The notes under the pieces are model-generated. The model had not been told where the DNA came from and ran no database searches. It saw only the letters and a program-made list of their open reading frames with translations. Made by a program: the position numbers and the translations under genes. From Oscillospiraceae bacterium (GTDB taxonomy: Bacteria > Bacillota > Clostridia > Oscillospirales > CAG-272), in the NCBI GenBank assembly GCA_003343845.1, contig QAKK01000038.1:6263-70262 (forward strand): a stretch of 64,000 nucleotides of DNA. Direction: 5' to 3'. Positions 46,986 through 56,224 of this stretch are shown one piece after another (the stretch's first letter is position 1; every line of letters begins with the position of its first letter).

Positions 46986-48401
46986 ATGGCTGACAACAGA
47001 GAGAAGACCGTGGTCGAGGACATCGACCGCAGCATTTACGACATCCGGGACGTCGAAAACGATGCCTACCGTATGGAGGCAGGTCTGACGCCCGAGATCA
47101 TCGACAAATTGTCGAAGGAAAAGCATGACCCGGTGTGGATGCAGCAGTTCCGCCTGCATGCTTTGCAGATTTACAACGAAATGCCCCTGCCGGACTGGGG
47201 TCCGTCGATCGAGGGGCTGGACATGGATCACATCGCCACCTATGTCCGCCCGAAGACCGGGATGCAGAACGACTGGAAGAATGTGCCCAAGGACATCAAG
47301 GACACCTTTGATCGCCTCGGCATCCCGCAGGCGGAGCGCAAGTCGCTCGCCGGCGTCGGCGCGCAGTACGACTCGGAGCTGGTTTATCACAACGTGCGCG
47401 ACGAGGTTGCTGCCGAGGGCGTGGTCTACACGGATATGGAGAGCGCGCTGACCGGCGAATATGCCGACATGGTGAAGAAATACTTCATGAAGCTCGTGCC
47501 CCCCACCGACCACAAGTTTGCCGCGCTGCACGGCGCGGTCTGGTCGGGCGGCTCGTTTGTCTATGTGCCGAAGGGCGTGCACCTCTCCATCCCGCTGCAA
47601 TCCTATTTCCGGCTCAACGCCAAGGGGGCGGGACAGTTTGAGCACACGCTCATCATCGTGGACGAGGGGGCAAGCCTGCACTTCATCGAGGGCTGCTCCG
47701 CGCCGAAGTACAACGTCGCCAACCTGCATGCGGGCTGCGTCGAGCTGTACGTCAAGAAGGGCGCCAAGCTGCGCTATTCCACGATCGAAAACTGGTCGAA
47801 GAACATGTACAACCTCAACACCAAGCGCGCGCTCTGCGAGGAGGGCGCGACCATCGAGTGGATCTCCGGCTCGTTCGGCTCGCATGTCGGATGTCTTTAT
47901 CCGATGAGCGTGCTGAAAGGGGACAACTCCAAGATGGAGTTCACCGGCGTGACCTTCGCGGGGGCGGGGCAGGACCTCGACACCGGCGCCAAGGTCGTCC
48001 ACATCGGCAAAAATACAAGCTCGTATATGAACACCCGCTCGATCAGCAAGAGCGGCGGCGTCAGCACGTTTCGCAGCAGCGTCACCGTGGAGAAGAGCGC
48101 TGCGGGCGCAAAGTCGTCGGTGTCCTGCCAGTCGCTGATGCTGGATTCCGATTCCCGTTCGGACACGGTGCCCGCGATGGATATCCGCACCAAGAATGCG
48201 GCGGTCGGACATGAGGCGAAGATCGGCAGCATCAGCGGCGACGCGGTGTTCTATCTGATGAGCCGCGGCATGAGCGAGGAGGACGCGCGCGCCCTGATCG
48301 TCAGCGGCTTTGCGGACAACGTGTCCAAGGAATTGCCCGTGGAATACGCCGTGGAAATGAACAATCTGATCCGCCTTGAGATGAAGGGCAGCATCGGCTG
48401 A
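46986..48401 (+). CDS. sufB: Fe-S cluster assembly scaffold SufB
   Basis: 471 aa with typical SufB blocks (FEHTLIIVDEGASLHFIEGCSAP...). Confidence 0.93.
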   Translation: MADNREKTVVEDIDRSIYDIRDVENDAYRMEAGLTPEIIDKLSKEKHDPVWMQQFRLHALQIYNEMPLPDWGPSIEGLDMDHIATYVRPKTGMQNDWKNVPKDIKDTFDRLGIPQAERKSLAGVGAQYDSELVYHNVRDEVAAEGVVYTDMESALTGEYADMVKKYFMKLVPPTDHKFAALHGAVWSGGSFVYVPKGVHLSIPLQSYFRLNAKGAGQFEHTLIIVDEGASLHFIEGCSAPKYNVANLHAGCVELYVKKGAKLRYSTIENWSKNMYNLNTKRALCEEGATIEWISGSFGSHVGCLYPMSVLKGDNSKMEFTGVTFAGAGQDLDTGAKVVHIGKNTSSYMNTRSISKSGGVSTFRSSVTVEKSAAGAKSSVSCQSLMLDSDSRSDTVPAMDIRTKNAAVGHEAKIGSISGDAVFYLMSRGMSEEDARALIVSGFADNVSKELPVEYAVEMNNLIRLEMKGSIG

Positions 48402-48414
48402 CGGAGGGAAGAAC

Positions 48415-49356
48415 ATGAAACAGACAATCCGAATCAACGAACTGCCGACCCGCACCTGGAATCGTCTCGGCGTCAATGCGGCAGAGATCGAATGGGACGA
48501 TGCCGCGACCTTTCCCGTACAGGCGGTGACCGTCGGGGCGGGCGAGCATCCCGCGCCGCTCCGCCTGGATGTGACCGACGCGGGCGCATGTACCGAGCGC
48601 GCGGTCGATCTGCGGGTGGCAGAGGGCGGCGACGTGACGATCTTCGTCATCTGCCGCGCAGAGCACCCGCTGGCACTGCGGGCGGACATTACGCTTGCCG
48701 CAGGCGCACACGCAAAGGTCGTGCTGCTCGAAAACCCGTCGCACGGCGCGACGGTCCGCACCGAGATGCGCACCACCTGCGCTGTCGGTGCCAAAATCGA
48801 ATATCTGACCATCCTGCTCGGCGACGGCGATCTGTACGCCGATCAGCATGCGGAGCTGGTCGGCGACGGCAGCGCGCTGAAAGCCGACATCGCCTATTTC
48901 GGGCGCGGCACGCAGACTGTGGATTACAACATCGTCGTCAACCACTTCGGCAAGAAGACCGAGAGCGAAATTCTCGCGTCCGGCGCGCTTGCCGACGCGG
49001 CAAAGAAGGTCTTCCGCGGCACGATCGACTTCAAGCGCGGCAGCGCGGATTCGGTCGGCAGCGAAAACGAGACCGTGCTGATGCTCGGCGACGACGCGGT
49101 GAACAAGACCGTGCCGCTGATCCTGTGCGCGGAGGAAAACGTCGAGGGCACGCACGGCGCGACCATCGGCGATCTGGACGCCGCCACGCTCTTCTATTTT
49201 GAGAGCCGCGGCATCGACGGTGCGGCGGCACAGGCGATCCTGTCCCGCGCCGCGATCGAGCGGCTGATCCGCATGGCGGACGATGAGGCGTTTGCCGCAG
49301 CCGCGACAGCCGCACTGGATGCCGTGCTCGGCGAAAAGGGAGGGAAAGACGCATGA
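48415..49356 (+). CDS. sufD: SufD-like Fe-S assembly protein (SufB/SufD family)
   Basis: 313 aa. C-terminal block GTHGATIGDLDAATLFYFESRGI. Confidence 0.8.
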   Translation: MKQTIRINELPTRTWNRLGVNAAEIEWDDAATFPVQAVTVGAGEHPAPLRLDVTDAGACTERAVDLRVAEGGDVTIFVICRAEHPLALRADITLAAGAHAKVVLLENPSHGATVRTEMRTTCAVGAKIEYLTILLGDGDLYADQHAELVGDGSALKADIAYFGRGTQTVDYNIVVNHFGKKTESEILASGALADAAKKVFRGTIDFKRGSADSVGSENETVLMLGDDAVNKTVPLILCAEENVEGTHGATIGDLDAATLFYFESRGIDGAAAQAILSRAAIERLIRMADDEAFAAAATAALDAVLGEKGGKDA

Positions 49357-50564
49357 GAGACTTCAAGGCGGATTTCCCGATCTTTGCGCAGGATAAGACG
49401 GTCTACATCGACAACGCCGCGACGGCGCAGCGCCCCGCGTGCGTGCTGGATGCCGAGCGGAATTTCTATCTGACCCACAACGCCAATCCCCTGCGCGGTC
49501 TGTATGCGCTCAGCGTGGCGGCGACCGAGGATGTCGAGGCGGCGCGCGAGGCGGTGCGCGCCTTTATCGGCGCGCGGCATGCCGAGGAGATCATCTTCAC
49601 CCGTAATACCACCGAAAGCCTCAACCTTGTGGCGTACAGCTACGGACGCTCGCAGATTCACGCGGGCGATGAAGTGCTGGTGTCCATCACCGAGCATCAC
49701 AGCGACCTCCTGCCGTGGCAGGCGGTCTGCCGTGAGACCGGCGCCGCGCTCCGCTATATCGAGTGTGAGCCGGACGGCAGCATTGATCTTGACAAGGTGG
49801 AAAAGCTGATCACGGACAGGACGAAGCTGGTCGCCGTGACGCAGGTCTCCAACGTTCTCGGGCGCGTCAACCCGATCCGGGAGATCGCGGATATGGCGCA
49901 CCGCGTCGGCGCGGTGCTGGTCTGTGACGGCGCACAAAGCACGCCGCATATGCGCGTGGATGTGCAGGCGCTGGATGCGGATTTCTTCGCGTTCTCGGGG
50001 CACAAGCTCTACGGTCCGATGGGCATCGGCGTGTTGTACGGCAGACGCGCGCTGCTTGAAAAAATGCCGCCGTTCCTCACGGGCGGCGAGATGATCGAGA
50101 GCGTCACGCGCGAAGGCGCAGTGTATGCCGAGCTGCCGTATAAATTCGAGGCGGGCACGGGCAATGCCGCAGGCGCGGTCGGACTGCACGCCGCGATCGA
50201 CTATGTGAACAGCATCGGCTTCGATACGATGCACGGGTGTGAGACCGCTGTCTCGGCTTTCGCCTTTGAAAAGCTCATCGCCATGCCGCATGTGCATGTG
50301 CTCGGTGCAGCGCGGGCGGAGGATCACAACGGCATTCTCACCTTCACGCTCGACGATGTGCACCCGCACGACGTCGGCGAGATCCTCGCGGCGGACGGCA
50401 TTGCCGTGCGCGCGGGGCATCATTGTGCGCAGCCGCTGCTCGCGCACCTCGGCTATCGCTCGACCGTGCGCGCCAGCTTCGCCTTTTACAACACGATCGA
50501 CGATGCGGAAAAATTCATCGACAGTCTTTCGACCGTCAGGGAGCGGATGGGCTATGGAAAGTAG
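49353..50564 (+). CDS. sufS: cysteine desulfurase SufS (class V aminotransferase)
   Basis: FAFSGHKLYGPMGIGVLYG carries the PLP lysine, and RAGHHCAQP the catalytic Cys loop. Confidence 0.92.
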   Translation: MRDFKADFPIFAQDKTVYIDNAATAQRPACVLDAERNFYLTHNANPLRGLYALSVAATEDVEAAREAVRAFIGARHAEEIIFTRNTTESLNLVAYSYGRSQIHAGDEVLVSITEHHSDLLPWQAVCRETGAALRYIECEPDGSIDLDKVEKLITDRTKLVAVTQVSNVLGRVNPIREIADMAHRVGAVLVCDGAQSTPHMRVDVQALDADFFAFSGHKLYGPMGIGVLYGRRALLEKMPPFLTGGEMIESVTREGAVYAELPYKFEAGTGNAAGAVGLHAAIDYVNSIGFDTMHGCETAVSAFAFEKLIAMPHVHVLGAARAEDHNGILTFTLDDVHPHDVGEILAADGIAVRAGHHCAQPLLAHLGYRSTVRASFAFYNTIDDAEKFIDSLSTVRERMGYGK

Positions 50565-50985
50565 AAGTTTTTACAACGAGATCCTGACCGAACACAATAT
50601 GCATCCGGATTTCAAGCATGATCTGCCGGATGCGGACATCGTGCTCGACGGGGTGAACCCGAGCTGCGGCGATGAGATCAGCTTGAAACTCAAGGTCGAG
50701 GACGGCGTCATCACCGACGGCGCGTTCGTCGGCGACGGCTGCGCCATTTCGCAGGCGTCCACCGACATCATGCTCGGCATGATTGTCGGGCAGAAGAAGG
50801 AGGACGCGCTGCACTACGCCGATCTGTTCATGCGCATGATCCGCGGCGAAGCGACCGAAGAGGAGATCGAGAGCCTCGAGGAGGCATCGGCACTGCGCGA
50901 CATCGCGCATATGCCTGCCCGCGTCAAATGTGCCATGCTCGGCTGGCGCACCCTTGCAGAAGCCCTCGGCGAGAAAACGGAATAA
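50554..50985 (+). CDS. sufU: SUF system zinc-dependent sulfurtransferase SufU (NifU-like)
   Basis: NPSCGDEI, GDGCAISQAS and ARVKCAMLGW motifs. Start at 50554 overlaps the end of sufS. Confidence 0.9.
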   Translation: MESRSFYNEILTEHNMHPDFKHDLPDADIVLDGVNPSCGDEISLKLKVEDGVITDGAFVGDGCAISQASTDIMLGMIVGQKKEDALHYADLFMRMIRGEATEEEIESLEEASALRDIAHMPARVKCAMLGWRTLAEALGEKTE

Positions 50986-51018
50986 CGGGCAGAGCAGAAA
51001 AATTGCTTTCTTCACACG

Positions 51019-51048
51019 AAAAGGCGCTGAAAATTTTCAGCGCCTTTT
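51019..51048 (+). terminator. rho-independent terminator after SUF operon
   Basis: AAAAGGCGCTGAAAA / TTTTCAGCGCCTTTT palindrome. Confidence 0.7.
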
Positions 51049-51144
51049 TACATGCATGTTATAATACTGTTGAAAAATTCTTTTATTGTAGTATTTTTCC
51101 CGGAAACCGTAGTATAGAAGTGAAACCGGAAAGGAGGCGGCACA

Positions 51145-51711
51145 TTGCGTACCGACGAAGAAATTATCGCCCTGTTTTTTGCGCGATCCGAGCAGGGCAT
51201 CCGTGAGCTGGATTTGAAATACGGAAGGGTCTGTCACAGGCTCTCGTACAACATTTTGGGTGACGCGCAGGATGCGGAGGAGTGCGTCAGCGACGCTTAT
51301 CTCGGCGCATGGAATGCGATCCCGCCCGCAAAGCCGAACCCGCTGCTGACCTATATCTGCAAGATCGTGCGAAATGTTTCGCTGAAATTGCAGGAAAAAA
51401 AGCGGGCAGCCAAGCGGCGCAGCGGTTATACGGTCGCCATGGAGGAGATCGAACCCTGCCTCGCGGATCTGCACACGACGGAAGACGAGACCGAAACGCG
51501 GGAGCTGGCACGGACGATCGGACGTTTTTTGGACACGCTCTCTGCAGAGAACCGCGTGGTCTTCGTGCGCCGCTATTGGTTCTGTGACAGTTGTCGGGAG
51601 ATTGCCGCCGCAGTCGGGCTGACCGAGAAGACAGTCACCGTCCGTCTGGCGCGCATCCGGGGGAAAATGAAAGCTTATCTGGAAGAAAGCGAGGGATTCG
51701 TATGCAGGTGA
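51145..51711 (+). CDS. sigma-70 family (ECF-like) RNA polymerase sigma factor
   Basis: Region 2 DAEECVSDAYLGAWNAI and region 4 HTH REIAAAVGLTEKTVTVRLARIR. TTG start 7 nt after AGGAGG. Confidence 0.8.
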   Translation: MRTDEEIIALFFARSEQGIRELDLKYGRVCHRLSYNILGDAQDAEECVSDAYLGAWNAIPPAKPNPLLTYICKIVRNVSLKLQEKKRAAKRRSGYTVAMEEIEPCLADLHTTEDETETRELARTIGRFLDTLSAENRVVFVRRYWFCDSCREIAAAVGLTEKTVTVRLARIRGKMKAYLEESEGFVCR

Positions 51712-52757
51712 AACAATTTTTCGATGCGATGGGCGAATTGGAGACAAAGTATGTGCAGGAAGCGCTGACCTATAAAAAGCCGGTGCGGCGGTCTGCGTGG
51801 ATGCGGTGGGGAGCGGCAGCCGCCTGCTTTGTTCTCGTGGCGGTGCTCCTTACGGAGGGCATCCTTTCGCCGCTTGCCGGTATGACTGTCACCGCCTATG
51901 CCGTCGGAACGGATGCCGAGATTCCGTCCGCGGGCGCGGCGTTTGCCACGGGGACGATCAACGAGGACGGCACGCTCAGCGGCTATCCGCTCATGTTTTA
52001 TCTGCAGGGAAGCGGGATCGAAAAAGTCCGGTTTTCCTGCAAAAGCGGTCAGATCCGCTTTACGGATCTGACCGGACAGCGCGACGAATACGGCTTTGCG
52101 CAGAATTTCACCGTGACTTACGGCGCGGCGGCGGGCGACGAAACTGACTATCCGTCTCTGCTGGTCGAATGGCTGCCGCGTCCGATGATGGAGGCGCTTG
52201 CGGCTGCCGACACCGGCATCGCCGACTTGCCCGCCGACCTCCGGCAGGACATCATCGTGCTGGAGATCACCTTTGCAAACGGGAGAACGGCGACGCGCGC
52301 CGTCACGATCGACTTGCAGGATGATGGCAGCTTCCGCGCCGCGTTCCGCGCTTATCGGATCCGCAAGTCCGATGTTTTTGTCGGGCGCGCCGACAGTCAG
52401 CCTATGCCGAAGGATGCACAGGGGGCAGATACTTTGACGGTCACTTTCCTGGATGCGGACGGGCATGCGGTCGAGCCGGAGGGGACCTGGTATGTCACCG
52501 ACAGGATCGACCGCATCGCGGTTTCGTTTGACGGGCAGGCGCCCGATGCGGTGCAGATGTTCTTCACGCCGTCCGGCACGGAAACGGCAATCGAGATGGA
52601 CTTTCTGCAAACCGATGCGGCGGGCGCGGAGAATCAAATCGTGATCTCCGCCGATGCGCTGCATCGGGACAGCCTGATGGGGCATCTGCGTCTCGTCGCC
52701 CGCGCAGGCAGCCGCACATTGCAGAGCAGTTTGTACAATGTGATCTATCAGCCTTGA
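51702..52757 (+). CDS. putative anti-sigma factor / single-pass membrane protein
   Basis: Overlaps the sigma gene stop. Short cytoplasmic N-terminus, one TM (WMRWGAAAACFVLVAVLLTEGIL), and an extracytoplasmic domain of about 290 aa. Confidence 0.6.
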   Translation: MQVKQFFDAMGELETKYVQEALTYKKPVRRSAWMRWGAAAACFVLVAVLLTEGILSPLAGMTVTAYAVGTDAEIPSAGAAFATGTINEDGTLSGYPLMFYLQGSGIEKVRFSCKSGQIRFTDLTGQRDEYGFAQNFTVTYGAAAGDETDYPSLLVEWLPRPMMEALAAADTGIADLPADLRQDIIVLEITFANGRTATRAVTIDLQDDGSFRAAFRAYRIRKSDVFVGRADSQPMPKDAQGADTLTVTFLDADGHAVEPEGTWYVTDRIDRIAVSFDGQAPDAVQMFFTPSGTETAIEMDFLQTDAAGAENQIVISADALHRDSLMGHLRLVARAGSRTLQSSLYNVIYQP

Positions 52758-52987
52758 CGGTCGGAGTCGTTGAAAACGCGATCTCGGCATGCGTTTTCCT
52801 GCGGGAAAAGCGCTTCGAGTCGGAATCGGCACAGAATATAGCACTTCGCTTGATAACAGACGAAAGGTCGGCGGAGATGCTGAAGTATATGGACAAGAAT
52901 CCGGAAGCGGACGATTACGAGCCGACAATCAAAGCGGAACGGATTCAACAGCAATTTCCGAGACCTCGGAGAAACAGAACAAAGTAA
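52754..52987 (+). CDS. hypothetical small protein (possibly part of a phage remnant)
   Basis: 77 aa with a TTG start overlapping the upstream stop, followed by a clean terminator. No family recognised. Confidence 0.3.
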   Translation: MTVGVVENAISACVFLREKRFESESAQNIALRLITDERSAEMLKYMDKNPEADDYEPTIKAERIQQQFPRPRRNRTK

Positions 52988-53015
52988 AAGCAGATTCATC
53001 CGAATCTGCTTTTTC
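52987..53015 (+). terminator. rho-independent terminator
   Basis: AAAGCAGATTC-ATCC-GAATCTGCTTTTT. Confidence 0.7.
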
Positions 53016-53039
53016 TATTGGAGAGGTCAAACGAAAGAG

Positions 53040-53349
53040 CGTGGGCGCGCGCAGAAGTCCATCCGTGAAAAGTATGCAGACAGCCCGGATGCGCTGGCGC
53101 AGTTTGACGCATTTCTCGTACGAGATGGTCAAGCACTTCGTACGCGCCGCCGAGAAGCTGGCACAGAACTGCGAGCTTGACAAAAAGGAGTATGTCGTCG
53201 AGTGCCTGCAGCGCATCGGTGTGAAGATAACGCCGGTTGTGGACGCGCTGATTGAAGCGGCGGTCGAGGAACTGGACATCGCCATCGGCAAGGCAGGCAA
53301 AGAAAAAGCGTCTGCCGACGATGCCGACGTCTGCGGCATGACGGACTGA
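53040..53349 (+). pseudogene. LL-H-type phage holin remnant (no TM segment, probable frameshift)
   Basis: The C-terminal part MVKHFVRAAEKLAQNCELDKKEYVVECLQRIGVKITPVVDALIEAAVEEL matches my recollection of the LL-H holin family tail. The upstream frame is Arg-rich nonsense, while another frame reads IREKYADSPDALAQFDAFL. Confidence 0.4.
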
Positions 53350-53373
53350 ATCCGGCGATTTCGATGGGGTTGC

Positions 53374-53404
53374 AAGCGGGGGCAGAAATGCCCCCGCTTT
53401 TTTA
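53374..53404 (+). terminator. rho-independent terminator after holin remnant
   Basis: AAGCGGGGGC-AGAAAT-GCCCCCGCTT followed by a T-run. Confidence 0.7.
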
Positions 53405-53554
53405 CTGGCAAATACTTCTGACAACCTTTTGACTACTTTCTTTTTGTTTTTGCATGTCGTTTTATGCTGTTTTGTGCATTGCGAACGCTCGCGAAAATTG
53501 ATGTGAAAAAGTCCGCAAACCCTTGAAACTAAAGGATTTACGGACTTTTTTCTT

Positions 53555-53583
53555 TGGCAGGGGCACAAAATGGCTCTGGCGTC
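53555..53583 (-). other. degenerate copy of the tRNA-Trp 3' end (old att scar)
   Basis: Minus strand CCAGAGCCATTTTGTGCCCCTGCCA compared with CCAGAGTTCGAGCCTTTGTGCCCCTGCCA 128 bp away. Confidence 0.5.
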
Positions 53584-53652
53584 CGCACAGCGCCGCCCAT
53601 GCGTTTTTCTGACGAAAAACACGCTCGCCTTTGCGGATCCCCATACGAAAAT

Positions 53653-53678
53653 AAAAGACCACCATTCGGTGGTCTTTT
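53653..53678 (-). terminator. hairpin terminator downstream of the tRNA-Trp fragment
   Basis: AAAAGACCACC-ATTC-GGTGGTCTTTT with a U-run on the minus strand. Confidence 0.6.
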
Positions 53679-53682
53679 ATTT

Positions 53683-53729
53683 TGGCAGGGGCACAAAGGC
53701 TCGAACTCTGGACACGCGGTTTTGGAGAC
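53683..53729 (-). other. 3' 47 nt of a tRNA-Trp(CCA) gene (anticodon loop to CCA); prophage att site
   Basis: Minus strand GTCTCCAAAACCGCGTGTCCAGAGTTCGAGCCTTTGTGCCCCTGCCA. It contains the anticodon loop CTCCAAA, the T-arm, the acceptor 3' strand and CCA. No matching 5' half lies upstream, and the integrase gene begins 53 bp away. Confidence 0.75.
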
Positions 53730-53781
53730 AGATTTATTTCGCATAATATAGCTGAAAAACAAAGTTTTGACTACTTTGATA

Positions 53782-54807
53782 CTACTTGTCGGGCTGTAGG
53801 TAAGCATTGATTTTTGCGGTAACATCTGCGTCAAGTTCTTTTGCAATGTGCGTATAGATGTTGAGCGTCGTGCTGACATCACTATGCCCGAGCAAATGTT
53901 GCGCAGTTTTTGCGTCTATCTGCGCGCGGTACAGCATCGTCGCGTATGTGTGGCGGAGTTGGTGCTGCGTTATGTGCAATCCGGTCGTGCTTAGGTATTT
54001 GTCCCACCGGCGGCGAATCATTGTTTCCGAATAGTGACGGCTTCCGCCAAACACATAATCATCCGGCTTTCCGCCTTTCAGATATGGAACGAGCGGAGCG
54101 AGGATAGGGATTTGGCGCACGCCGCTCTCCGTCTTCGGCGCTTTTGTGCGTCCGGCGGCGGACGAGAATTCAATGGATTTGCTGATGCTGATAATGCCGT
54201 GTTCCATATCTACATCGCGCCATTGCAGCGCAAGCGCTTCCCCGCGCCGCAAGCCTGTGTACATCAGAAAAAACGGATATAAACCGAATTCGTCATTGAC
54301 ATGCGCTGCTACAGCTTCAATCTCTGCGTCCGTCAAAGCGCTTCGCTCAGACCGCTTTGCGTTTCTTGGTATTGTTACGGATCGCGTGAAGTTATATACT
54401 TTGATGTTTTTGCCGATGGCATAATCCAGTGTCATAGAAACAACGCCTTTTGCGCGCAGAATTACGGTTTTAGAATAGCCCTGATTATACAGGCTGTTGA
54501 TAATGCTTTGAACATCTGACGCTTGCAATGCGTCGATTTTTTTATTTGCGAGGTCTCCGAGGCGAGAAACTGTTTCTTTGTAGGTCATATATGTTTTATG
54601 CCCGACCTCATCCTTTTTCATTGAAAGCCATTCTTCCGCTATGGCGCCGAAATTCTCGCTCTCCTCTACTTTTGACGCATAGGCGAGCATTTGCCGGTCT
54701 ATATCTTTCTGCGCGGCGCGCTCGGTCTTTTCATCGCTGTAGAAGAATACGGCTTTGCCGTTGATTACCTTCTTTTTTACATATCGACCGTCTTTTCTCG
54801 GTTTCAT
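53782..54807 (-). CDS. int: tyrosine-type site-specific integrase
   Basis: 341 aa. Catalytic context GLRRGEALAL, HQLRHTYATML and LLGHSDVSTTLNIYTH. AAAGGAG RBS. Confidence 0.92.
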   Translation of the reverse strand: MKPRKDGRYVKKKVINGKAVFFYSDEKTERAAQKDIDRQMLAYASKVEESENFGAIAEEWLSMKKDEVGHKTYMTYKETVSRLGDLANKKIDALQASDVQSIINSLYNQGYSKTVILRAKGVVSMTLDYAIGKNIKVYNFTRSVTIPRNAKRSERSALTDAEIEAVAAHVNDEFGLYPFFLMYTGLRRGEALALQWRDVDMEHGIISISKSIEFSSAAGRTKAPKTESGVRQIPILAPLVPYLKGGKPDDYVFGGSRHYSETMIRRRWDKYLSTTGLHITQHQLRHTYATMLYRAQIDAKTAQHLLGHSDVSTTLNIYTHIAKELDADVTAKINAYLQPDK

Positions 54808-54822
54808 TTGAAATGCTCCTTT

Positions 54823-56040
54823 TCAATCGTGAAAACAAGCAGAGCAGGGATTGTTTTTGTTTTTCACAGCTTCTCTTCGCGTCATTGCTACAATCATTTC
54901 TTTGCTGCGGTTCTTTACACTGCAAAACGATTTGTGAAACCGTTTGCTTGCAGTTTCGACATATACAGTTTCGTCATAGTCGATAGAACGGATATATGCT
55001 GCCTGTTTTGATGCCGACGCTGCTGTTGAACTGATGGCGAGAGAATCTTCATTTGATGTATCGGAAACATAATTCTCCAATGAGAAAATAATGAAAGTAC
55101 AGAGAGCCGCAACTATTATTGCAACTATAAAACTTTTAGGGCTTAATTCGCGCCGCAAATCCTGCATATCTTTTTCGTCGTCCGCGTTTTTCGTTCTCTT
55201 GTAACACTTTGCTAAATTATACACAAGGTCGAATAATACTATTAAAAAGCAAAGAGTCAAAAAAACCGATAAAGGGTACAGATCGGAGTTCTCCATATAT
55301 AAAAGGGCGATCCTGCTCTCGTTGACGGGGAAAACTCTTTTCAGGTTATATGTAACTCTAAAATCCTTGTACGCTCCCTTGTTTCTTCGCCCGCCATCTT
55401 CTACAACTCTAACATTGTTCGATAAAACAAAACGGTGTGCTCCGACGCACTCTTTTTTTGCATAGATTATAGGATTGCTATCGTTTTCGCCTACATCGGA
55501 TATTGCGTCATCGTGCTCTATGATTCGGCTGCGTATGCAGAATGCGTTGTTCGCTTTTGTGCCTATTGTGGAACCATCATAGAATTGAGTGGTGTTATCA
55601 CCGCACACGACAAAATGAAGATATGACCACTCATTCCCGACCGAACCCACGCCGCCGATGCTCTCGACATCAGTATTTACTTTGTAAAAGACATTGTTTG
55701 AAGCAGGAATCTCTTTCATATAAATAGAGAGATTGAATTGAGAAATCAGAAGCGAAGCCAAAAGCACTGTTGCAATAGGTAACATGAATCGAAAGAATAC
55801 ACGCCATTCAGTTCTAACATCTTTACAAGATGTTGCTGCAAAAATTCCAGCTTGCAAGATAAAGAAAGGAAACGCAAGCAAAAAGGTCAGGCAGGCGCGC
55901 GCGAATGAATCCCCCGGCTTATCGCCCGGAAACGGAATATAGTAAACAACTGCATATGACAATAGAAACGGAAGGGTGAGGAGACCAACAAGAAAAATTT
56001 TTCTATTGCTAAAAATAGAATTGGCGTTTGTGCTGCTCAT
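54823..56040 (-). CDS. five-TM membrane protein with central soluble domain and C-terminal Ada-type zinc motif (prophage cargo, function unknown)
   Basis: 405 aa. Hydrophobic segments at about aa 15-36, 48-70, 82-103, 258-281 and 306-325. The C-terminus RFHKSFCSVKNRSKEMIVAMTRREAVKNKNNPCSAC gives H-x3-C-x25-C-x2-C. More AT-rich than its neighbours and only 15 bp upstream of int. Confidence 0.75.
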   Translation of the reverse strand: MSSTNANSIFSNRKIFLVGLLTLPFLLSYAVVYYIPFPGDKPGDSFARACLTFLLAFPFFILQAGIFAATSCKDVRTEWRVFFRFMLPIATVLLASLLISQFNLSIYMKEIPASNNVFYKVNTDVESIGGVGSVGNEWSYLHFVVCGDNTTQFYDGSTIGTKANNAFCIRSRIIEHDDAISDVGENDSNPIIYAKKECVGAHRFVLSNNVRVVEDGGRRNKGAYKDFRVTYNLKRVFPVNESRIALLYMENSDLYPLSVFLTLCFLIVLFDLVYNLAKCYKRTKNADDEKDMQDLRRELSPKSFIVAIIVAALCTFIIFSLENYVSDTSNEDSLAISSTAASASKQAAYIRSIDYDETVYVETASKRFHKSFCSVKNRSKEMIVAMTRREAVKNKNNPCSACFHD

Positions 56041-56224
56041 AATTGAAATATCCTCGCTTATTCTCGCAAGATTTTGCTCAGTGTATCTTTGACTATTGAA
56101 TCCCCGAAAAAAGCAGCAAAAAGGGCGGTTCTTCCTTTGCGTCCATTATGCTGTAAAACTCCCATAACTTACTTGTATACACAGCCCGCCGCGCTCCGCT
56201 ACAATGGCGGTGGAGGTGATGTGT

